Assembly: GCA_003021085.1 (NCBI GenBank)
Contig: PXRE01000026.1
Span: 66,559-130,558, forward strand
From: Halobacteriales archaeon QS_1_68_20
Lineage (GTDB): Archaea; Halobacteriota; Halobacteria; Halobacteriales; PXRE01
Length of the DNA: 64,000 bases
Direction of reading: 5' to 3'
Shown here: positions 7,375 to 15,910 of the stretch, piece by piece
How positions within the stretch are numbered: position 1 is the stretch's first letter
How the letters are laid out: each line of letters starts with the position of its first letter
The notes under the pieces: model-generated
The model's input: the letters and a program-made list of their open reading frames with translations, nothing else
The model's database searches: none
Told to the model about the DNA's origin: nothing
Translations under genes and position numbers: made by a program

Positions 7375-10101
7375 TCATTTCTCGATCCCCGGCGCCTCGT
7401 CACCGATGACGTCCATCACGCGGTCGTGGAACTCCTGCAGGACGGCGCTCTCGTCGCTGGCCAGCACCACGTCAGTCGCCATCAGCGTCGCCAGGCCGAA
7501 CGCCCGCGGCGACGGCGACTCGACCCGCTGGGCACGCACCTCGATGTCGCCGGCCTGGATGCCGGCCAGCACCTCCTCGATGCCGGCGACGTTCAGTTTG
7601 TCCTCCAGGATCTCGCGGTAGGTCTCCTCCAGCACCGCGAAGTCATCCAGGTCCTCGGCGAATCCCAGCAACATCTCGCTGGAGACCTGTTGCTCGCTGG
7701 CGGACTTCTCGTAGCCCTTGTACCGCTTGAGGATCATCAGCGACCGGGTCGCGTCGATCCGGAAGTACCGCTGGAGCAGGTCGGTCCCCTCGATGGCCGC
7801 CCGGAGTTTCTCCCGGACCGAGTCGGGGTCCAGGTCCGCGACGATGCCCTCCACGTCGACCTTGCGGTTCAGCGGCATCGAGATGGAGAAGCCGTGGTCC
7901 GCGACGGCGACGGCGACGTTGGCGTCGGTCGCCTGCGCGCACTCGTGGGCGACGATGCGCGAGAGGCCGTCGTTGAACCGCCGGCCGTAGTTCGAGTGGA
8001 CGTAGTACCGGCGCTTGTACTCGTCGCGGTCCAGTTCCTCCTCGATGGCGAGGCGGCCGGCCGTGCTGACGCTCTCTGCGCCCGCGTACCGCACCTGCTG
8101 GTCGAACAGGCGGGCGAGCGCCCGGACGCCGTTGTCGTCCAGCGGGAACTCCCGGAGCCACGCCCGGACGGCGGGACGGCCGCCCTCCTGCAGGCGTTCG
8201 ACGAGTTCACCCTGGAACTGGAGGATCTCACGGCCGAGGTCGTACGACAGCGGCAGGCGCTCGGAGTACCACGAGGGGACGGTCGGCCGGGCGCTCGTGC
8301 GGTCGACGTACACCTTCGACCCGCGGCGGTAGCGGTACTCGAAGCGGTTCCCGCCGAGGACGAACACGTCGCCGGACTCGAGGGTGTCCAGGTACTCCTC
8401 GTCGAGCTGGCCGACCCACTCGTCGTCCACGCGGGTGAACACGTCGCAGGTGAACGAGTCGGGGATGGTCCCGATGTTGGTCATATAGATGACCCGCGCG
8501 AGGCGGCCGCGTTTACCGATCAGCGGCTGGCCGACCTCGAACTCGTCGTAGTGGTACTCGCCGTCCGGCGGGTCGTTGGCGTCACGCCAGATCTTCGCGT
8601 AGACGTTGTTGTCCTCCATGCCGTCGTAGTCGGCGGTGAGATAGCGCAGCAACTGCTCCCACTCGTCGTCGCCGTAGTCGCGGTAGGGGTAGGCCCGCCT
8701 GAGGATGTCCTCGATTTCGGCCTCCGGGCGGGGGCCGTTGATCGCCATCCCGTAGACGTGCTGGGCGGCGACGTCATGGGCGTTCTCCGGGACGAACACC
8801 CGGTCGACGAACCCCTCCTCGGCCTTCTTCAGCATGACCGCGCACTCGACGAGTTCGTCGCGGTCGAGCGCGAACACCCGGCCGGTGACGGTCTCGCCGA
8901 GCTGGTGGCCCGCCCGGCCGACGCGCTGGAGGAGCGCGGCGACCGATTTGGGGGAGCCGACCTGCACCACTAGGTCGACAGTCGGCATGTCGATGCCGAG
9001 TTCGAGACTGGTGGAGGTGGTGACCACGTCGACGGTGCCGTCCTTGAGTCGGCGCTCGACGTCCTCGCGGTCGGCCTTCGAGAGACTGCCGTGGTGGCAC
9101 GAGGAGTTCGCCTCCTCGTACGCCGAGAAGCGTTCGCGGAGGTTGTGTAGGACGCGCTCCGCGCCCGAGCGCGTGTTGGTGAACACGATGGTCGTCGTGT
9201 GATCCTGAATCTCGTCGTGGAGGGTCTCGTAGAACCGCTCGTTGCTCACGTCGTGGGGCGTGTTCACGAGGTCGGCCGCCGGCGTCACGAGTTCGACGTC
9301 GAACTCCCGGACGAACCGCGTGTCGACGATTTCGCAATCGCGGGATGGACCACCGGGGCCGTTCCGGCCGACCAGGAACTCGGCCATCCCCTCCAGGGGT
9401 TCGACGGTCGCGGAGCACCCGATCCGGGTCGGCGACCCCTCTGCGAGGTGCTGGAGGCGTTCGAGGCTGACCGCGAGGTGGGTACCGCGCTTGCTCTCCG
9501 CGAGGGCGTGAATCTCGTCGACGACCACGTACTCGACGGTCCGCAACTTCTCGCGGAACTTCGGCGAATTGAGGAGGATGGCCAGCGTCTCCGGCGTGGT
9601 GTTGAGGATGTGCGGCGTCTCCTCCAGCATCGCCTGCCGTTCGCTGGAGTCGGTGTCGCCGTGCCGGATCGCGTGCCGGATCTCCACCTCGCCGTCGGTC
9701 CGTTCGGAGATGCCCGCCAGGGGCCGTTCGAGGTTCCGGTGGATGTCGTTGGCCAGCGACTTCAGCGGGGAGACGTACAGGCAGTACACCGAGTTGTCGA
9801 GTCCCTCCTCGCTGTCGCGGCGGTAGAGTTCGTTGATGATCGAGGTGAACGACGCGAGCGTCTTGCCGGACCCCGTCGGGGCCGCGACCAGGGCGTTGGT
9901 CCCCTCCTGGACCAGGGGGATGGCCTCCTCCTGGGGCGGCGTGAAGAAGCCCTCGTTCTCTTCGACGAACGCTCCGAACTGGTCGACCCACCACTCCTGG
10001 AGGGGGGGTTCCAGCAACTCCAGGACGTCGCCGTCGGTGATCGTCGCCGCCTCTGCGTCGACGCCAGTCTCGGCCGCGGCCAACAGTTCCCTCGGTCCCA
10101 T
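7375..10101 (-). CDS. lhr: Lhr-type superfamily-2 ATP-dependent helicase (DEAD/DEAH box)
   Basis: Carries the motifs AAPTGSGKT, VVDEIHAL and SATV, plus the long Lhr-like C-terminal winged-helix/domain-4 region. The start is taken at MGPRELLAAAETG (ATG 10101); the track ORF extends spuriously to 10335. Confidence 0.9.
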   Translation of the reverse strand: MGPRELLAAAETGVDAEAATITDGDVLELLEPPLQEWWVDQFGAFVEENEGFFTPPQEEAIPLVQEGTNALVAAPTGSGKTLASFTSIINELYRRDSEEGLDNSVYCLYVSPLKSLANDIHRNLERPLAGISERTDGEVEIRHAIRHGDTDSSERQAMLEETPHILNTTPETLAILLNSPKFREKLRTVEYVVVDEIHALAESKRGTHLAVSLERLQHLAEGSPTRIGCSATVEPLEGMAEFLVGRNGPGGPSRDCEIVDTRFVREFDVELVTPAADLVNTPHDVSNERFYETLHDEIQDHTTTIVFTNTRSGAERVLHNLRERFSAYEEANSSCHHGSLSKADREDVERRLKDGTVDVVTTSTSLELGIDMPTVDLVVQVGSPKSVAALLQRVGRAGHQLGETVTGRVFALDRDELVECAVMLKKAEEGFVDRVFVPENAHDVAAQHVYGMAINGPRPEAEIEDILRRAYPYRDYGDDEWEQLLRYLTADYDGMEDNNVYAKIWRDANDPPDGEYHYDEFEVGQPLIGKRGRLARVIYMTNIGTIPDSFTCDVFTRVDDEWVGQLDEEYLDTLESGDVFVLGGNRFEYRYRRGSKVYVDRTSARPTVPSWYSERLPLSYDLGREILQFQGELVERLQEGGRPAVRAWLREFPLDDNGVRALARLFDQQVRYAGAESVSTAGRLAIEEELDRDEYKRRYYVHSNYGRRFNDGLSRIVAHECAQATDANVAVAVADHGFSISMPLNRKVDVEGIVADLDPDSVREKLRAAIEGTDLLQRYFRIDATRSLMILKRYKGYEKSASEQQVSSEMLLGFAEDLDDFAVLEETYREILEDKLNVAGIEEVLAGIQAGDIEVRAQRVESPSPRAFGLATLMATDVVLASDESAVLQEFHDRVMDVIGDEAPGIEK

Positions 10102-10193
10102 CTGGGCGCGCGTTAGAGTCGGAGGTGTAAGTGTATTCCCCCACCGGAGCGGAAGTGAACCGGCCGCCGCGAACCGCCTCCGATTCGTACCGC

Positions 10194-10718
10194 TCAGGCC
10201 AGCGATTCCAGGAGCGCGAGCAGTTCCGTCTCGGTCGCGTTGCCGGACGCCACGGCGTCTCTGGGCCGTCGACCGGTCGATTCGACCGTCTCGATTGTCC
10301 CCTCGGGGTCGTAACCGCGGGCGTGGACCAGCCACGCGGCGAGGACGTGACCCGTCCGCCCGATGCCGGCGAGGCAGTGGGTCACGACGGGTTCCCCCTG
10401 CTCGTCGGCCGTCTCGAAGAACGGTAGCACCTCGTCGGTCAGCGTCTCCCGCGCGGCGAGGTGGTGGTCCGGGACGGGCGCGTGCAGGACCTGCTCGCGG
10501 CCGAACGCCCGCTGGTACTGTCCGACCAGGTCACCGTACCGTTCCAGTTGTCGCTCCGAGAGGAGACAGCAGACTCGCTGGACGCCGCGCTCTCTCATGG
10601 CGGCGATCCAGTCGTCGACGGCGGCCGTCGGGTCCAGGCGGCCGAACCCGGGTGCGGCCGCGCCGTGGACCACTTCCTCCCCGGGCGCGGCCGGCGCGAA
10701 TCTGTCGCCTCGGCTCAC
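10194..10718 (-). CDS. dual-specificity protein phosphatase family protein
   Basis: Carries the catalytic P-loop HCLAGIGRTG (HCx5R[ST]); 174 aa. Confidence 0.85.
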   Translation of the reverse strand: MSRGDRFAPAAPGEEVVHGAAAPGFGRLDPTAAVDDWIAAMRERGVQRVCCLLSERQLERYGDLVGQYQRAFGREQVLHAPVPDHHLAARETLTDEVLPFFETADEQGEPVVTHCLAGIGRTGHVLAAWLVHARGYDPEGTIETVESTGRRPRDAVASGNATETELLALLESLA

Positions 10719-10835
10719 GGTCTCCTGACACGCCCGCCACCTACATCTCCGTTTCGGCGGTCATCCACTACTCCGCGCTCGGCCCACTGGTCCGGAAACC
10801 CGGTCGCTGACCGGTCCGTCCGTCCGCCGCGGCGC

Positions 10836-11146
10836 GCGCTGGTGAGCGTGCCGAGCAACGCGAGGCCGCGAACCAGAGGCGCGCGAGGGACGAGTAACGC
10901 AAGGAGCGCTCGGAGAGCGCGACTGAGTAACGCAGTCGGCTGGGGAGGCGTGTGGCGATGCGCGGTTGGACCGGGTGGGACTGAAAGGGGCCGCGCGCTG
11001 GACGACGGCGGGCGACGTAAGCACCGCAACGGAGTGAGGAGCGCAGCGAGCCCCCCGAGTCGAGCGCGCGGGGGCTTTCTGCGTGTTGCTGTCCAGGATT
11101 CCGTCGACTGTGAGCGCGCGGGGGCTTTCTGGGCGGTGACGGTCAA
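10836..11146 (+). repeat. intergenic composite repeat, locus B (full-length exemplar)
   Basis: Modules are CGGCTGGGGAGGCGTGTGG (10937-10955), GGGTGGGACTGAAAGGGGCCGCGCGCTGGACGACG (10973-11007), and two copies of GAGCGCGCGGGGGCTTTCTG (11062-11081, 11112-11131). All recur at 26.0, 32.7 and 60.5 kb. Confidence 0.85.
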
Positions 11147-11232
11147 GTTATCGTCTACACAGCGCACCCGAAAACACCACGACCCAGCCTGACGACGAAA
11201 ACTGTTTCCCACTCGCACGCCCCGACTCGACC

Positions 11233-11961
11233 ATGCGCGTGACCTTCCTCGGCACCGGCAGCGCCATGCCGACGGGCGAGCGGGTCCAGACGGGCATCCT
11301 GCTGGAAGGCGCCGACCGCCGACTCCTCGTCGACTGCGGGAGCGGCGTCCTGCACCGACTCGCGCAGGTGGCCGACTACGAGGACGTGGGCCACGTCCTG
11401 CTGACCCACCACCACCTCGACCACGTCTCGGACCTCCTCGCGCTGTTGAAGGCCCGGTGGCTCGCGGGCGCGGAGTCGCTGTCGGTCGCCGGCCCGCCCG
11501 GTACCGAGTCAATGATCGCGGACCTACTGTCGGTCCACGACTACCTGCAGGACCGGGTGGACCTCTCGGTGCGGGACGTCGAGACGGGGTCGTTCTCGTT
11601 CGCCGGGTTCGACGTTGAAGCGATGGAGACCCGCCACTCGATGCAGTGTTTCGCCTACCGGTTCGAGGATCGGTTCTCCTTCAGCGGCGACAGCGAGGCG
11701 TTCCCAGAACTCGCGTCGTTCGCGGACGGCTGTACGGCACTGGCCCACGACTGCTCGTTCCCGGACGAGGTGGACGTCTCGAACCACCCGACGCCGACGC
11801 AACTCGGCGAGGCCCTCTCGGGCGTCGACGTCGGGACGGTCTACCTCACGCACCTGTACCCCCACACCGACGGCAACCACGAGGCGATGCTTGACTCCAT
11901 CGCGGACCACTACGACGGGGACGTCGAATTCGCCGAGGACCGCCTGACCGTCTCGGTGTAG
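11233..11961 (+). CDS. MBL-fold metallo-hydrolase (RNase Z/beta-lactamase-fold)
   Basis: MRVTFLGTGSAMP... together with the HHHLDHVSD metal-binding motif. Confidence 0.85.
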   Translation: MRVTFLGTGSAMPTGERVQTGILLEGADRRLLVDCGSGVLHRLAQVADYEDVGHVLLTHHHLDHVSDLLALLKARWLAGAESLSVAGPPGTESMIADLLSVHDYLQDRVDLSVRDVETGSFSFAGFDVEAMETRHSMQCFAYRFEDRFSFSGDSEAFPELASFADGCTALAHDCSFPDEVDVSNHPTPTQLGEALSGVDVGTVYLTHLYPHTDGNHEAMLDSIADHYDGDVEFAEDRLTVSV

Positions 11962-12119
11962 TCCCCTCGATACGTCCCGCTCCGTACCCGAATTCGTCGA
12001 ATTCCGTCGGCCGGACCGGCCGGGTCGTCGTCGCCAACTGCACCCGACCTACCAGATACTGGACACAATAGTTAACCCGATGGTCGAGAAACTTCGGCAC
12101 GAGACACCGGCGAGATTCC

Positions 12120-13034
12120 ATGAGAGAAGTAGATCCACTGGTCACCCATCGACTCCCCGACGCGGGCGAACCAGAGACGTGTACGGACGTCGTCGCCTGC
12201 GCGGCGACCGACGTCACGGCGCTCGTCCTGGGGGCCGCAATTTTGCTCGTCGCCATCTTCGTGGCGGCGGTCGCGCACGTCCGGTCGGCCCGCTCGGTCA
12301 CGTCCGACGAACGCGAGCGCGTCCGCCGGGAGGCGAAGGCGTTCACGGCGTTCGCCGACCGGATCACGGACCTCGAAGCCGGACCGGCCGGGGGCTCGCC
12401 CCGGCGGGTCGGCACCGCCACGCTGGTCGAGTCGACGACGACGACGTCGTTACAGGACGTGGCGGACGCGTACCGCGAAACCGTCATGGCGGTCCCCCAC
12501 TACGAGAGCGAGTACGGCGAACCGCTGGCACAGAACATGGCCGCGGAGTTCGGCGACGACGTCGCAAGCGCCGTGGTCACCGGCCAGAACCTGACGCCAC
12601 AGCTCAAGCGGACCCTCCTCCAGCGTAGCGCCCGCGCCCAGCGACTCCGCCTCGCCCTGCTGGAACACCTCGACGCCGAGGCCGAGGCGGTCGCCGAGGC
12701 CGAGGCCGACTTCGACCGCATCTCCGACTCCGTCGACCGGATCGAGGAGGCGTCGCTCGAAGACGCCACGTTCGAGGACCTCCTCGCGGAGTGGTACCTG
12801 CTGGAGGACCGCGAGCGCGAGTGCGTCGAACGACTCCAGACGCGCCAGAAGACCATCCAGGACCGGCGAGGCCTGTCCAAGCACCTCTCGGAAGCGCCGA
12901 CGCTCGAACAGTACCTCTACGCACCCCTGGACGTGACCTATCCCGTGCTGGCCGACGGGACGACGTTGCTCGACCGGATCAGGGCCGCCCAGCACGACGT
13001 GCTCTACGCGCTCGGGAGCGTCGAGGGCGGCTGA
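12120..13034 (+). CDS. hypothetical membrane-anchored protein with helical C-terminal region
   Basis: The 304-aa ORF has one N-terminal TM helix (ALVLGAAILLVAIFVAAVA), then an acidic helical sequence. No motif recognised. Confidence 0.55.
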   Translation: MREVDPLVTHRLPDAGEPETCTDVVACAATDVTALVLGAAILLVAIFVAAVAHVRSARSVTSDERERVRREAKAFTAFADRITDLEAGPAGGSPRRVGTATLVESTTTTSLQDVADAYRETVMAVPHYESEYGEPLAQNMAAEFGDDVASAVVTGQNLTPQLKRTLLQRSARAQRLRLALLEHLDAEAEAVAEAEADFDRISDSVDRIEEASLEDATFEDLLAEWYLLEDRERECVERLQTRQKTIQDRRGLSKHLSEAPTLEQYLYAPLDVTYPVLADGTTLLDRIRAAQHDVLYALGSVEGG

Positions 13035-13035
13035 C

Positions 13036-14115
13036 TTACTCCAGGCGGTACCGCAAAAGCGCCGCGATGCCGCCCAGGTTCTTCAGGCGCTGCCCGGGTT
13101 CGAACTCGCTGGAGAACACGGTCACCTCCCCGCCCTGCCGTTCGACGTTGCGGACGATTTCGTCGACGTCCTCGTCCCACTCGCTTTCGGCGTCGGGGAC
13201 CGACCCGCGTTCGATCCGCAACCGCTGGTCGACCACGAGCAGCTCCTCGACGGCACCGAACTCGGCGGCCTTCGCCACCTGCTTGGGACCGTAGGCCGCC
13301 TTCGCCCCCTCCGCGATCCGGTCGGTCAACTCGTCGATGAGCCGCGCCTCCTCCGCGATGCGGGTCTTTTCGCGGACGTCGTCGAGGGTGCCGCGCGCGA
13401 GTACCTCGTGGACGCCGCGTTCGCCGGCGGCGCTGGTGTCGACGGTCGTCGCCAGCTCCGCCAGTTCGGCGTGGTGCTCCTGGACGTGGTCGAGGGCGTC
13501 CTGCTTCGTGAACCCGGGCCCCGCGAGGACGATGGCGTCGACCTCCAGCCGCGAGAGGACGTCGCCGAGGTCGTCGAACAGTTCCGAGCGGTCCCGGGCG
13601 TACTCGCCCTTGCCGGTCGGTCCGGACAGGGCGGCGTACTCCTCGATGCCGTATTCGGCGACCGTGTGGACGGTCGCGGCGCCCTCCTCGACGGTGGCGA
13701 TGGCCACGTCAGGTTGCTCGGCCGTCTCGGCGGCCTCCTCCAGTCGCTCGCGCTGGTCGGGCTTCCAGGACTTCTCGACGACGAGTTCGTCGTGTTCCTC
13801 GACGTTCAGCGTGTGGTGGTGACCCAGTTGGTCCTCCCGGGAGGCCCGCACGATCTCGCCGCCGACGCGCAGGCGGTTGGCGAAGCGGTGGAACTCGACG
13901 TCGGTCACCTCCAGGGCGACGTGCATGTGTTCGCGCTGGCCGCCGGTGTCCCGGAGTTGCTCGTCGTCGCGCTGGATGCGCCGGGTCGTGTCGCCCTCGA
14001 CGAGATCCCCGGGTTCGATCACGTGGACGAGGTGCCAGAGGTCGTCGACGGTGTCCGGGACGGCCGTCACGCGCTCGCGGCCGCCCTCGACCTGCTGGCG
14101 GTCCCGTATCTGCAT
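13036..14115 (-). CDS. pelA: Pelota (mRNA surveillance / ribosome rescue factor)
   Basis: [46 protein letters not shown]... and the eRF1-like C-terminal domains are characteristic of archaeal Pelota. Confidence 0.9.
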   Translation of the reverse strand: MQIRDRQQVEGGRERVTAVPDTVDDLWHLVHVIEPGDLVEGDTTRRIQRDDEQLRDTGGQREHMHVALEVTDVEFHRFANRLRVGGEIVRASREDQLGHHHTLNVEEHDELVVEKSWKPDQRERLEEAAETAEQPDVAIATVEEGAATVHTVAEYGIEEYAALSGPTGKGEYARDRSELFDDLGDVLSRLEVDAIVLAGPGFTKQDALDHVQEHHAELAELATTVDTSAAGERGVHEVLARGTLDDVREKTRIAEEARLIDELTDRIAEGAKAAYGPKQVAKAAEFGAVEELLVVDQRLRIERGSVPDAESEWDEDVDEIVRNVERQGGEVTVFSSEFEPGQRLKNLGGIAALLRYRLE

Positions 14116-14218
14116 GCTCGTCGGTCCGGCGCCGAGGGGTAAGTGCCTGGCTATTCGACCCGTCCGATCTCAGGCGTCGTCACCACTCGAGGGAGCCGCC
14201 GTGGGGCCTCACCTGCCC

Positions 14219-14857
14219 CTAGTCGTACCGGTCGACGTGGTTTTCGACGGCGTCCCGCTCGCAGTGGGCGTTGTAGTCGATCCTGGCTTCCTTTCCGTCG
14301 GTGCCGTAGTTGTAACAGCCGTGTTCGACCGCGCCGTCGTCGTTCCAACTCGCCATCGTGGTCGCCTCGTCGTCCGAGAAGATCCCGGCCTGCTCGTGTT
14401 CGCCGGCGTAGGTGTGGATCAGCTCGTGGTAGGAGATGTTGTCGATGGGCGACCAGTTCAGGTCGCCCTCGTAGGCGTAGTCGACGATGCCGCCACGGTC
14501 GCTGGAGTGGATCGCCGTCCCCGTGTCCAGCACCCAGCCCTCGTGGCCGAGCTGGTAGCTGTCGTCCAGGACGACCACGGCGTCGCTGGAACTCCACCAC
14601 CACGGATCCTCGGCGTGGAGCCAGTCCAGCGCCTGGTCCAGCCTGTCCAGTAGCGGCTTGTCGGCGGAGGAGTCGTACTCGACGTCCGGTCGGTCGTCGG
14701 ACCAGCTCATGAACGCGGCGTCGTAGTCGGAGTCGTCCGACCACTGCCAGGCCGACTCGCAGTAGTCCCTGGCCCTGGCCAGCGTGGTCCCGGGGTCGTT
14801 CTCGGAGTACCGGCTGACGAAGTCCGTCGTCATCACGAAGTCGTTGTAGAGGGTCAT
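14219..14857 (-). CDS. HExxH-motif protein (putative zinc metallopeptidase), no signal peptide
   Basis: 212 aa, W/D-rich, with the motif YHELIHTYAGEHE (HExxH followed by a His 6 residues later). It overlaps the upstream gene by 4 nt (ATGA). Confidence 0.6.
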   Translation of the reverse strand: MTLYNDFVMTTDFVSRYSENDPGTTLARARDYCESAWQWSDDSDYDAAFMSWSDDRPDVEYDSSADKPLLDRLDQALDWLHAEDPWWWSSSDAVVVLDDSYQLGHEGWVLDTGTAIHSSDRGGIVDYAYEGDLNWSPIDNISYHELIHTYAGEHEQAGIFSDDEATTMASWNDDGAVEHGCYNYGTDGKEARIDYNAHCERDAVENHVDRYD

Positions 14858-15669
14858 CGCGCATCACCGCCCGAAGCCACGACCAGTTCGTCGCCCTGGT
14901 TCGTCCTCGGAGCCTGGCTCCGGACGTGTTTCGCCAGGACGTGGTCGGACGCCCGGGGAACCACCGCCTGGCCCTCCCCGCCGAAGAACGTCGTCGGGCC
15001 GTGCGAGCGGGCCGTCAGGACCGGTTCGACGTCGACGCTTACCGGGTCGGGTTCGACGGACCGCGTCTTCTGGACCGGCCCGCTCCCGTTTCTGGCGTCA
15101 ACCGTCACCTCCCTGGTTTCGGTCGGCCGAGGTCGCACCGACACCTCGACGGGATCCAGCGGAATCTCGACCCGTTCGTTCCCGGACAGCGTCGCGGACT
15201 CCCCACCGTACTCGACGCGAACGCCACGGCCCGCCCGCGCGACCGTCGGCCGCTCGGGACCGTGGGACTCCGTCAACCGGAGCGCTCGCGTGCTGTGGCC
15301 CTGGAACGTTCCCTCGGCGGTCAGAAAGCGCGTCTCGATGTCCCGCTGGAGGTGCGCTGGCCCGTGCAGGTCGCCCCGGTGGCCGACGAGGACGTCCGGC
15401 GGGTTCCCGGGCCAGGCGTCGTAGTTCACCAGCGTCGCCAGTCCGTCGTGGGTGAGGTACTTCAACCCGCCGCACCCGACGCCGGTGGCGTGATCGCTCG
15501 CCCCCCGGTACTCCATCTTCACCTCCACGAACGGTCTCGTGGCGAGTTGCAACCGCTGGTCGTCCGCCGACGCCGTCCCGACGGTGACCCCGGCCCCACC
15601 GAGCGCCGCGAGCTGCCCGCTGTGTTTGAGCACGTCACGCCTCGATTTCTCCGATGGTGGGTCTGCCAT
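14854..15669 (-). CDS. Tat-signal secreted protein of unknown function
   Basis: The N-terminus SRRDVLKHSGQLAALGGAGVTVGTASA is a twin-arginine signal. 271 aa; first gene of a two-gene operon. Confidence 0.65.
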   Translation of the reverse strand: MADPPSEKSRRDVLKHSGQLAALGGAGVTVGTASADDQRLQLATRPFVEVKMEYRGASDHATGVGCGGLKYLTHDGLATLVNYDAWPGNPPDVLVGHRGDLHGPAHLQRDIETRFLTAEGTFQGHSTRALRLTESHGPERPTVARAGRGVRVEYGGESATLSGNERVEIPLDPVEVSVRPRPTETREVTVDARNGSGPVQKTRSVEPDPVSVDVEPVLTARSHGPTTFFGGEGQAVVPRASDHVLAKHVRSQAPRTNQGDELVVASGGDAR

Positions 15670-15690
15670 AATTTATTACCACTTTCTCCG

Positions 15691-15697
15691 TTTATAT
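15691..15697 (-). promoter_or_regulatory. TATA-like box for the 15669-14219 operon (leaderless spacing)
   Basis: TTTATAT lies 22-28 nt upstream of the ATG (15669), inside a ~70-nt AT-rich tract (15670-15740) that contrasts with the GC-rich surroundings. Confidence 0.4.
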
Positions 15698-15910
15698 CGG
15701 TTTCTAATTTTTAATTATTTGTTAGAATAAATGCCACGTGAAGGCGTCCGGCGTCAGGTCACCATCGAATCGGGCGTTCTCCCGGGGTCGCGCGGTTCCG
15801 TGGCCTCGTCCGAAACTCGGGCTCACGGTCACGATTCGATACGATGGCGAGAAGCGACCGCCGACGGGCGGGACGGTATCTAAGCGGCGGAAAAGTCCGG
15901 GGCCGACGCC

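Noticed and set aside
7318-8973. 551-aa plus-strand ORF, with other long ORFs (8774..10144, 9199..10116, 9833..10810)
   Set aside because: All lie within or antisense to the Lhr helicase gene, whose motifs are unambiguous. They are high-GC artefacts.
11057-11146. Possible mini-CRISPR: a ~20-nt motif (GAGCGCGCGGGGGCTTTCTG) repeated with ~30-nt spacers
   Set aside because: There are only two copies per locus. The sequences after and between the copies are themselves conserved between loci, so they are not spacers. No cas genes or leader were seen.
10715-11512. ORFs spanning the intergenic repeats (10715..11512, 25968..26384, 32338..32871, 60393..60743), which share peptides such as TRRKPPRARLA and AAPFSPT
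   Set aside because: The shared peptides come from the shared DNA modules, not from a conserved protein. The frames differ between loci, starts and stops are not conserved, and the composition is extremely basic for a haloarchaeon.
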